Under the pieces are notes generated by a model that worked only from the letters and a program-made list of their open reading frames with translations, was not told where the DNA came from and did not search any database. From a virus, in the IMG/VR virus record IMGVR_UViG_3300009104_000002, positions 64,001 through 128,000 of that record: a stretch of 64,000 bases of DNA. One strand, 5' to 3'. Shown here in pieces: positions 1 through 7,737 of the stretch (the first letter of the stretch is position 1; the number at the start of each line of letters is the position of its first letter). A program made the translations under genes and the position numbers.

Positions 1-788
1 GCATCTGGGTGGGGATAATGTGAGTCTGATGTTGAAATAAGCTCAATACCAAACTCCTCGTGCATTTTGATGATGTACTTATTAAGCTCATGCTGCTCGG
101 GAATATTGTTCCATTGAAGCTCTCCGTACCAGCGATCGCCGAAGATGTCAACCATCTGTTTCGTAGTCTCACGCATAGCGTTGAGGACCGCTGATTCACC
201 CTCCTCGCGGTTTTCCCAGTAATTACCGGCGTAGACCCCACCGAGACAAGCGGAAGCGCCTATGACGCCCTTAGAATACTTTTTTAGTGTTTTATAATCA
301 ACGCGTGGATAGCGATAATAGTTGTTCGGACCAAAGGATTCAGAGATCATCGCGAAGAGATTGTTCAATCCCTCTTGGTCTTGCGCCAGCAAAATGAGGT
401 GGCGTCGGCGATTTAAGATATTGCGAACCTGCTTCTTGGACGCGTCTTCGTCTTCAACGGTGGTTGCAGTCACATCTTTACTTAATGTCTTGCGCTTCTT
501 CTTATCTTCTTTGGCTGCCTCGTAGTCATTGCGCCAGTCATCGAGGGAGGGGAGGAAGTATGCCTCAATACCGAAGATGGGCTTGAAATTCTTCCCCTCC
601 TCCCTCATTTTCTTGGCGTGCATAACCTGATGAGGCAAGCCATTCATATTTCCGTGGTCGGTCAGGGCAAGGGCGTCCATACCATTCTCAAAGGCAAAGT
701 CCATATGTTCTTGTGGGTATCCAAGAGCATCGAAAATGCTTCCAGCAACCGAGTGAGCGTGTAATCCGACGAACGGAATTTTATTCAT
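1..788 (-). CDS. dnaE: DNA polymerase III alpha subunit (family C), N-terminal PHP domain; partial, runs off the left edge
   Basis: Manual translation from ATG at 788: MNKIPFVGLHAHSVAGSIFDALGYPQ...LALTDHGNMNG...PIFGIEAY...HLILLAQDQEGLNNL...YRYPRVD...SACLGG...STSDSHY, the DnaE PHP motifs. Not in the ORF track because it has no stop inside the window. Confidence 0.93.
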   Translation of the reverse strand, partial: MNKIPFVGLHAHSVAGSIFDALGYPQEHMDFAFENGMDALALTDHGNMNGLPHQVMHAKKMREEGKNFKPIFGIEAYFLPSLDDWRNDYEAAKEDKKKRKTLSKDVTATTVEDEDASKKQVRNILNRRRHLILLAQDQEGLNNLFAMISESFGPNNYYRYPRVDYKTLKKYSKGVIGASACLGGVYAGNYWENREEGESAVLNAMRETTKQMVDIFGDRWYGELQWNNIPEQHELNKYIIKMHEEFGIELISTSDSHYPHPD

Positions 789-1512
789 GTGTGTTCTCCA
801 ACCTTTCTTTACTTATTATAACATATTCTGGGTCTTTGTCAATACCAATATAGTTTCTTTTTAATCTTTTCGCGGCCACTGCGGTTGTGCCGCTCCCAAT
901 ACAACTATCAAGCACCAATTCTCCAGGATTTGTGTATGTTTCAATCATATATTCAAAAAGAGCCAAAGGCTTCTGTGTGGAGTGGCGCGTTTTACCTTCG
1001 CTCTCAGCAGTCTTGAAATATTGAACTGATCTAGGATAGCGCTGTCCGTCACTTTTTACTAACACAGATTTTTGTTTTCCATAAACCTCGGTAGGTCTGT
1101 GAGCCTTTCCCTTATTGTATGGGGTGCTCTCCCAGAACTGAGGATTATAAGTAGGTGGCTTCTTATAAAAGATGCAAACTTCTTCGTGTGCTTTCAGGGG
1201 CATCCGCTTGGCATTCAGGTATCCTGTGGCCTTAGACTTCTCCCACACCCAATTATACCGGTAGTGTTTCAAATTTGAGCAAATGAGGACACTCGTAAAT
1301 GGCTGCGAAGCTGTTAGGACAATGGCTGCGCTGGGCTTTGTTACTCTCAAATATTGTTCCCACAACTCGTCGAGTGGGAGCGGGGTGTCCCACCTACAAT
1401 TAGTTGTCCCATAGGGAAGATCACATAGGATCATATCCACCGAAGCATCTGGAATCTTTTTCATTTCTTCTATGGCATCGCCACAAATAATATTATTTAT
1501 TAAGCTCTTCAT
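781..1512 (-). CDS. DNA N6-adenine/N4-cytosine methyltransferase, beta class (orphan)
   Basis: Motif IV DLPY near the N-terminus, HSTQKPLALFEYMI, motif I LVLDSCIGSGTT near the C-terminus. Confidence 0.92.
   Translation of the reverse strand: MKSLINNIICGDAIEEMKKIPDASVDMILCDLPYGTTNCRWDTPLPLDELWEQYLRVTKPSAAIVLTASQPFTSVLICSNLKHYRYNWVWEKSKATGYLNAKRMPLKAHEEVCIFYKKPPTYNPQFWESTPYNKGKAHRPTEVYGKQKSVLVKSDGQRYPRSVQYFKTAESEGKTRHSTQKPLALFEYMIETYTNPGELVLDSCIGSGTTAVAAKRLKRNYIGIDKDPEYVIISKERLENTHE
815..842 (-). promoter_or_regulatory. sigma70-type promoter for dnaE
   Basis: Minus strand TTGACA-16 nt (ending TGT)-TATAAT, about 25 nt upstream of the dnaE ATG. Confidence 0.7.
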
Positions 1513-1717
1513 TTGCTCTACTCGTTACCTCAAAGGAATAAAAGGCGTCATCATAGGTTCTATTTTGTCCATTAACAGAGATTATGTACATCCTTCTGCC
1601 AAAGGTATTGGGGATATCGTAATCTTCCAAAATAATGCCGCTGCCACATATTCTAACTCCGGGGTTGGTCCGGTCGCAGTCGGTGTCATATATCAAAACG
1701 TAATCGCCCCTTGTCAT
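1493..1717 (-). CDS. hypothetical protein (74 aa)
   Basis: ORF tiles with its neighbours through short overlaps. Confidence 0.6.
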   Translation of the reverse strand: MTRGDYVLIYDTDCDRTNPGVRICGSGIILEDYDIPNTFGRRMYIISVNGQNRTYDDAFYSFEVTSRANEELNK

Positions 1718-2013
1718 TATATTTTGTCCATGAATAGATCCACCTCTTTTATGATCCTTGCTCTATCTTCTGGATTAAGCTTCATCTTAAAAATATTGCT
1801 CCGGAGGATTCCGGCGCATACTCGGATTGTTGATAGCTTATTTTCTGCCGAACCCTCGTTGTATTTGGCAAGAACATCTTGCATCTCTTTATTTGTTTTT
1901 TGCGTTTCAAGGTGGTCGTTCTCAATCAACAATTGCATATTTTCAATATGAAGCAAAAGATTCTTCTTTGTCATTTTATTCAATTGTGATTTAGTCTTAT
2001 TTTTCATCATCAA
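1717..2013 (-). CDS. hypothetical protein (98 aa, coiled-coil-like)
   Basis: ORF tiles with its neighbours. Confidence 0.65.
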   Translation of the reverse strand: MMMKNKTKSQLNKMTKKNLLLHIENMQLLIENDHLETQKTNKEMQDVLAKYNEGSAENKLSTIRVCAGILRSNIFKMKLNPEDRARIIKEVDLFMDKI

Positions 2014-2878
2014 CTCCTATTTCATTCCATTCGTGATATTTCATAAATATTGGGTGAGGTCTCTGAACCAACTTCCTCTCCTCTGACCCTAAATAATTGC
2101 AATAGCCATCCCATGAATCTATGTTGTGATACCAAGGGACTTCAACTTTATTCTCTTTATATATTATAACAGGTTCAAAGATTTTGTCAAGTAAAAAATG
2201 TCGTGCAGAGTATCTTTTTTCTTTTGGTAGTTTCTCTCTGGGGAATATTCCGTCTTCTAAGACCTCGGAATTGTATTGCCCGGTGCCCTCGCGGATCTTT
2301 CTGCGGCAAGCGACGAAATCATCACGGTCGAAGGTGAAGGAGAGGTATTCATTATCTTTAACTGTCTTTCCTTTGTGGCTCAGCATAAAAGGTCTTTCGC
2401 TTGAAATATCTTTTCTGTGTGGTCGCAGGATCTCTGGATCATAAACGCCGTAGGGGAAGGCAACATAATATTTTCTTGGGACGACCCACTTACTTAACTT
2501 AACTGAAACTCTGAAAGCGGTGGTTGCTCCCCAAATTACGCTCCAAGACAGACAGTCGCGCTTGCCAACGTCCTTAGCGTGAACTGGAACATAGTAAATT
2601 GGTATTTGCTTTCTTGTCTGCGACGGATAGGGGTCGTGTCTTCTTCCGATCCAGACTGGATCCTGGACCCACTCGCCCAATCTGTGTCGAATGAGTGGAG
2701 TCATATCGTCGTTACAAACAATCCAGATTGTTTCGCAGCCAGCCCAAGCACACTCAAAGACTGCTCGCTCAACTGCGAGATAGTCTGGCGCGATTGGCAT
2801 AAGCGAATCGTGCCAGTCCATTTTAAAATCAAGTGGCTGTCCCGCTACGGGAACTATACCTGCAAGGTGATAACTCAA
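1997..2878 (-). CDS. degenerate sugar-phosphate nucleotidyltransferase-like (GalU/RmlA-fold) protein
   Basis: N-terminus LAGIVPVAG...LMPIAPDYLAVERAVFECAWAGCETIWIVC resembles the NTP_transferase N-terminus but lacks GxGTR. Confidence 0.5.
   Translation of the reverse strand: MSYHLAGIVPVAGQPLDFKMDWHDSLMPIAPDYLAVERAVFECAWAGCETIWIVCNDDMTPLIRHRLGEWVQDPVWIGRRHDPYPSQTRKQIPIYYVPVHAKDVGKRDCLSWSVIWGATTAFRVSVKLSKWVVPRKYYVAFPYGVYDPEILRPHRKDISSERPFMLSHKGKTVKDNEYLSFTFDRDDFVACRRKIREGTGQYNSEVLEDGIFPREKLPKEKRYSARHFLLDKIFEPVIIYKENKVEVPWYHNIDSWDGYCNYLGSEERKLVQRPHPIFMKYHEWNEIGVDDEK
2163..2190 (-). promoter_or_regulatory. sigma70-type promoter (internal)
   Basis: Minus strand TTGACA-16 nt (ending TGT)-TATAAT. 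Confidence 0.55.
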
Positions 2879-3874
2879 CTATCTCTCTTTTGCTGTACCC
2901 ATGAAGGCTTTTATTGCTGAAACATCTTGGAGAGGGTCGTCTTCGTATTTTTCAATTCCCAGCGAATCCGCGAATCGGGCATGCCACTTTTTAAGGTGTT
3001 TAATCGCTCCGAGCAACAAGACGTCCCGCAGATGCGGCAGAGCCTTGTCGGGATCCCTGAACCAACTATTCAGGTTCCTGCCCATTCCGACACCGCGATA
3101 TGGCGCCTTTCTCATTTCCTTTGGCCACACAAAGTTTCCGCTGGCCAATTCAGACTCGATATTATCAATATCCATAACGTGGCCTTGAAGTACCGGAATG
3201 AGATCTTCTATTTCTTTCATTCGGCGCAGTCTCGCTCTCTTTGTTTTGAGGTGCTTCAAGCCTGTTTTGCCGTTGCCGCCGAGCCTCAAATCACGAGATA
3301 ACCTATAATCTGCATACATTCTCTGGATTTTTTCCACAGAAACATCTGCGTCTTCCCTTCTTTTATAGAAAAGATCTATGAAGCCTTCATTGATTTCTTT
3401 TCCTATGCGATGTCTCCAACGGCCTTTGCCGTCTTCGTCTTCTGTTTCAACTCTTTTTTTGTTTGGAAATCTTTCCCAAGTTTTTGCCCCATCTGTAGTC
3501 TGCGCTTTATCGCTATACAGGACACCGTATCTATCTATCAGCCATTGGTAAAGTTGGCTTGCATAAGGCTTTTTAACACTTTTTCTTACATTACCAACAG
3601 CGTAGCCCTCTCTGAATGGAGCGGTGGCGACATAGGCAACTGGGATCCCTTCTTTATTGACAACAAAATGAAACTCATCGCCCTTGGAGAGTCCGTAAGT
3701 AATAATAGTGTGGCCTTCCCAGCTTTCTTCACCCTTCTTTTCGCCTCTATCAAACTTTGGACTGGCATAAAACCAGTCAATGCTTTGTTGGATTTGTTCT
3801 GGTGTGGTGGCAATATCGTCAAAGGCTTCTACCTCTTTGATATATTCTCGCCAGTTTTCCATCAGGAGTTTCAT
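2879..3874 (-). CDS. putative head-internal protein with GNAT-like N-terminal half
   Basis: Likely start at 3874 (ATGA overlap with the upstream stop): MKLLMENWREYIKE. Also YASQLYQWLIDRYGVLYSDKAQTTDGAKTWE, a GNAT-like segment. Confidence 0.6.
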   Translation of the reverse strand: MKLLMENWREYIKEVEAFDDIATTPEQIQQSIDWFYASPKFDRGEKKGEESWEGHTIITYGLSKGDEFHFVVNKEGIPVAYVATAPFREGYAVGNVRKSVKKPYASQLYQWLIDRYGVLYSDKAQTTDGAKTWERFPNKKRVETEDEDGKGRWRHRIGKEINEGFIDLFYKRREDADVSVEKIQRMYADYRLSRDLRLGGNGKTGLKHLKTKRARLRRMKEIEDLIPVLQGHVMDIDNIESELASGNFVWPKEMRKAPYRGVGMGRNLNSWFRDPDKALPHLRDVLLLGAIKHLKKWHARFADSLGIEKYEDDPLQDVSAIKAFMGTAKER

Positions 3875-6045
3875 TTGCCTGCCCACCTTTTCCACCCTTC
3901 GCAAAGTTTACTATAAGAGGCATTTTCAGAAACCTGCCCTTCTGAGTCTTGTGCTCCAAATCCCAACTTTCGACCTGCCTCAAATTTGCCGGGGTTGGCG
4001 CGCCCTTGGTGAACGCGGGTTTTGTGGGCCGTTTTTAAGATAAACTCCGCAACTGCGTCGTAGAAGGTGTCTAAATTTTCATCAAGCCAGTCGGTATATG
4101 CCAGGCCCCGCTCATCGTCCATGGGTACCCTAGAAAATATAACTGCGGCGCCGAGTTCTCCGCCATTCTCTAGGTCAACAAGATATTCTGTGAATTCCAG
4201 CTGGACTTGATCTTTATAATCACCGTATAAATGAATCTCCGTCAACGAGAATTCAGATTGTTTTTGCATTTCCTTGGATCGGTCGTAAGCTAGTGGCCAA
4301 GTTTTATCAAAGGCATATTTGAGTGCTTGGCCCTTAACGCTGAGCGTGTTGAGATATCCAACGGTGTCTTTGAAATATTGGTCCCTCTCTGGAGAAGGGG
4401 TGTGAATTTGGCCGCCGGACCTGGGTTCAACTCGCCTGAGTTCTGGGCCACCGAGGGTTCTGAAGAGTGGCATTTGCACCACATATTCTTCTTTCTGGTA
4501 AAACTTTAATTTTCCTTTCTCGAATATCACGCCAAAATTCTCAAACTTGTTGAGATACTTCTTTCTGAATTGCTCCACCTTCCTGTCGTGTTCTTCGGAT
4601 GTTGTTATGCCTGCTTCGCGCATCGCTTCCAGAGCCTCTTTCAAAATAGTATCATATGCATCTTCAACCGTCTGCATGCTTTCCAAGAAGGATTCAAACC
4701 CCTCTAGAGAGGTGTTTTCACCAGGGTCCGGACGAAATACAAATCGAATACTCTCCTCACTCGAAATGGCTTCGGACTCATCTGGATATATATAATTATC
4801 ATCGGCAACTGATATGAAAATTTCTAGGATGTCATCCTTCCAATGGCCGAAACCCTGTTCGCCGCCCAGCTCGTCCACGGCGTATTTAAATTCTGGGAGT
4901 TCCCAATGTGCTCCGCCATCCCACCACATACCCTCTCCGTAATCCTCAAGAGTTACATAAACATTTGAAAAGTCCTGCGCGTTCAGCAGATCCTCATAGG
5001 CCTGCGGGTCTGGGCCGGCTGGATTTTCCTTGTTGTGTTCAGCTGATAATTGAAAAATGTCGGTGGCCTGATCCTGAAATATTTCAGCGAGTTCTTGCGC
5101 GACGTCGTCGGGGGGCTCGGTGTCGCGGCCCAAGTTGGATGCGAGCTTTTTGAGATTATCTGTTAAATTTTCTTTTTCCGGGTCGGAGTAGAATGTTTCC
5201 CACTCCATATAAACCTTCTCATAATCAGAAAACCATGCGGCGATAATATTTTTTGTAACGTACCTGAGAAATGAATCTTCTCTGACTTCATTATTTGGTC
5301 TATTCCAAATCTCCTCTGGAGCGTCATAATCCCAGTCCCTCTCATATACCAGAGCAACCTTTTTGCCATCAGTATCTTCATCAAGATTTTTCATATTGAC
5401 TATATAAAAAGTTTTCCCGTCATCGGTGTATGATCGAAAATAATTCTGCCCCTTTGTTTTTGCAATGCACCACGGACCATACTTGGGTGTTCCAGTCCCC
5501 TGGCCATAGTAACAGGCCGCCTCCGTCGTATCGGGCCTCATCACCAAAAAATTATCATCCTCTCCTATTTTCGTTGATCCCTCCTGGGCACGCTCTCTCC
5601 TTTTTTGTCTTTTTCGCCTATCGCTCATCCCAAGATCCCTAATCGCCGCCGCAATATCATCGGCGGTTTTGTAGGTGTTGATATCTTTACTCTTCAATCT
5701 TTGAGAATTTGCATGGAATTTCCCTATAGCATCGGCTATGGCCCTGTATGCCTCGTATGACGCTTGGGCGACGACGACTTCGTCGTCTGGATGTAGGTGC
5801 CCACCACGGGCATCGCTTTGGGCTTGGGCTTTCTCGCGATATGGTTCTGTTATTTTCGCAAATTGCTTAATGGCCCACATTAAGTATTTATTATTTCCGG
5901 AAGGATCTCGTTCGGACATACGATCAATCCAATTAGGATCAATATGTTTGAACCTCTTTTTAACGTCCTCAAGGCGCCCCTCTGCAAGCAGCCGCCCTTC
6001 ATTTAGGGTGGTCCAGCGGCGCAAGCCTTCAAAAAATTGCTTCAT
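3871..6045 (-). CDS. large hypothetical protein (724 aa), putative head-internal protein with PcfJ-like segment
   Basis: N-terminus MKQFFEGLRRWTTLNEGRLLAEGRLE; internal RPDTTEAACYYGQGT...WCIAKTKGQNYFRSY. Confidence 0.6.
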   Translation of the reverse strand: MKQFFEGLRRWTTLNEGRLLAEGRLEDVKKRFKHIDPNWIDRMSERDPSGNNKYLMWAIKQFAKITEPYREKAQAQSDARGGHLHPDDEVVVAQASYEAYRAIADAIGKFHANSQRLKSKDINTYKTADDIAAAIRDLGMSDRRKRQKRRERAQEGSTKIGEDDNFLVMRPDTTEAACYYGQGTGTPKYGPWCIAKTKGQNYFRSYTDDGKTFYIVNMKNLDEDTDGKKVALVYERDWDYDAPEEIWNRPNNEVREDSFLRYVTKNIIAAWFSDYEKVYMEWETFYSDPEKENLTDNLKKLASNLGRDTEPPDDVAQELAEIFQDQATDIFQLSAEHNKENPAGPDPQAYEDLLNAQDFSNVYVTLEDYGEGMWWDGGAHWELPEFKYAVDELGGEQGFGHWKDDILEIFISVADDNYIYPDESEAISSEESIRFVFRPDPGENTSLEGFESFLESMQTVEDAYDTILKEALEAMREAGITTSEEHDRKVEQFRKKYLNKFENFGVIFEKGKLKFYQKEEYVVQMPLFRTLGGPELRRVEPRSGGQIHTPSPERDQYFKDTVGYLNTLSVKGQALKYAFDKTWPLAYDRSKEMQKQSEFSLTEIHLYGDYKDQVQLEFTEYLVDLENGGELGAAVIFSRVPMDDERGLAYTDWLDENLDTFYDAVAEFILKTAHKTRVHQGRANPGKFEAGRKLGFGAQDSEGQVSENASYSKLCEGWKRWAGK

Positions 6046-6239
6046 TTTCTATTCTCCGGCAGCTTTGATTCTAAAAATTTAATCAGGGACCTCACATCGG
6101 ATCCGAGAGGCGGACGGATGGCCGGGAACACAGAGTGCAAGAACTGACCGAAGGAAGCCAAGAATAAGACAGACCCCATCTCAAAGGCATGGCGGAAATG
6201 CTCAAAATATCCCTCGTTAACGTCTCTTAGGTGACCCAT
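6042..6239 (-). CDS. small hypothetical protein, DUF6356-like
   Basis: Likely start MGHLRDVNEGYFEHFRHAFEMG...HSVFP. The longer ORF in the track overlaps the upstream gene. Confidence 0.6.
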   Translation of the reverse strand: MGHLRDVNEGYFEHFRHAFEMGSVLFLASFGQFLHSVFPAIRPPLGSDVRSLIKFLESKLPENRK

Positions 6240-6249
6240 CGTTATATAA

Positions 6250-7131
6250 TTAGTTATTTTTATACAATAACTCCGTAATTTTTGAACAATAAGATTGAGG
6301 ATCGCAAGAAAATAATTTAATAATTTCTTCAGGCGATTCGTGCCTGAATTCGAATCTTTTATCTTTTTTATAAAAGTTCTTGACATCTTTAAATATTTGT
6401 CTTTCTGCTGCCTCTATCTTGGGAGAATAATATCTGTAAATATTGGGATTATAAGTATCTCTGCCGTTGCGAGCACCCCTTATTCCAGCGTCTTTCATCA
6501 TCTGCGTAATCTTAAACTTGGCCATCGTGTCCGAATAATCAAAATCATCTAATTGATCCTGTTCTAAACAAGATATCGCCACGAGATCCTTTCTAATTCT
6601 TTCTGACGTTTGATTTCCAAATCTATCTGACGGGTAGAAAATAACTTTCTGAATGAAGTCGTCTTCGGTCTCCAGCGAATTATGATTATGCTCCATACCG
6701 GATCGAACATGAAACCAATCAATAACTCTGCATTTTCCAACTTCCTGGCCCCTTGTGGGTGGCAAGCCTCGAATGTCCCTGTCGTCGAAAACAACCAACT
6801 TGTCAAATTCAAACCGACCCAGCCTAGAATTGCCGGTAACTGCCTTAAGCTTGTTGTCTTGTATACTAATAGACTCTGTTTTATCCGACATCGGCAACTG
6901 ACCACCCAGAGAGAGGGAGGTTATAAGCCTTTGCCAGATGACTAGTCTATTCGGCTCCTCAACTCCGAGGAACGAGAAGTCGTACCCCCCATCAAATACA
7001 TCAAACCCAAAGGGAACGCTGGACTTAGAAAAAATACAAGGCAAATTGTTATAATAAGAGTATAAAAGAGCACTCAGTCCTCCGCCGATGACAATAATTT
7101 CCTTTTTATAAATATGCTTATTGAGTTTCAT
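6250..7131 (-). CDS. hypothetical protein with N-terminal Rossmann dinucleotide-binding motif
   Basis: IIVIGGGLSALLY (beta-alpha GxGxxA). Confidence 0.55.
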   Translation of the reverse strand: MKLNKHIYKKEIIVIGGGLSALLYSYYNNLPCIFSKSSVPFGFDVFDGGYDFSFLGVEEPNRLVIWQRLITSLSLGGQLPMSDKTESISIQDNKLKAVTGNSRLGRFEFDKLVVFDDRDIRGLPPTRGQEVGKCRVIDWFHVRSGMEHNHNSLETEDDFIQKVIFYPSDRFGNQTSERIRKDLVAISCLEQDQLDDFDYSDTMAKFKITQMMKDAGIRGARNGRDTYNPNIYRYYSPKIEAAERQIFKDVKNFYKKDKRFEFRHESPEEIIKLFSCDPQSYCSKITELLYKNN

Positions 7132-7309
7132 CTTCCTGATTCAAGAGTCGGATGTGGCGATCAATAAAAAATCTTGCCTTTCTCAAATCATCAATTGGTT
7201 TTTCACTACCTTCCTTATATTTCACAATATATTTCAAAGCGTGGCCCAAATTATATCCAAGATCCCAAGATTTTATTATTTTATTAACTTCATAAGCATC
7301 ATCGCTCAT
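7118..7309 (-). CDS. DUF3310/SaV-like protein (T7 gp1.7-related family)
   Basis: YNLGHALKYIVKYK...DDLRKARFFIDR matches the GNAxKY...EDLxKAxWY pattern. Confidence 0.7.
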   Translation of the reverse strand: MSDDAYEVNKIIKSWDLGYNLGHALKYIVKYKEGSEKPIDDLRKARFFIDRHIRLLNQEDETQ

Positions 7310-7454
7310 CTATCTTTTTTCCCAACATCTTATTGAGTTTTCTTTCCAGAATAATTTGTCTGTTTTTATTAACCGGTGACTCCAGAAGTTCTTCCCTCTC
7401 GATAAGTTCTTCACTGATCAATTCCTTAATTAAATTTAAAAAGTTTCTATTCAT
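7299..7454 (-). CDS. small hypothetical protein (51 aa), below the ORF-track cutoff
   Basis: Manual translation MNRNFLNLIKELISEELIEREELLESPVNKNRQIILERKLNKMLGKKIDER, preceded by SD AGGAG; fills the gap between genes. Confidence 0.6.
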   Translation of the reverse strand: MNRNFLNLIKELISEELIEREELLESPVNKNRQIILERKLNKMLGKKIDER

Positions 7455-7466
7455 ATTAAAGTTCTC

Positions 7467-7733
7467 CTAATCTAAAATCGCAAGAATATGATTTTCTAAT
7501 ACTAAATAGACTACTTCATTGTCAAATTCCACTTCTTCGATCATATGTGTTAAAACGATTGCCGAATTCCCAACCGAAATAGGAGGGCGGACGTCTGGTG
7601 CCGCAGCAAAAATTTCTACTTTTGAATATTTACTTTCGGGCCTGAAGGACCCCTCCGGCAGCGCGATTAAACTTTCGCTTTTATCCGCTTTCGGCTTTGA
7701 AATTAAAACATATCTGTTACATGGTCTCATCAT
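7467..7733 (-). CDS. groES: GroES/Cpn10-like co-chaperonin
   Basis: MRPCNRYVLI...KVEIFAAAPDV...VGNSAIV...EVEFDNEVVYLVLENHILAIL. Confidence 0.75.
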   Translation of the reverse strand: MMRPCNRYVLISKPKADKSESLIALPEGSFRPESKYSKVEIFAAAPDVRPPISVGNSAIVLTHMIEEVEFDNEVVYLVLENHILAILD

Positions 7734-7737
7734 ATTA

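Noticed and set aside
6240-6386. Longer start for the DUF6356-like ORF (MSRTFIKK...)
   Set aside because: It overlaps the end of the upstream gene by over 130 nt; the internal Met at 6239 follows the recurrent motif and begins the family-like sequence
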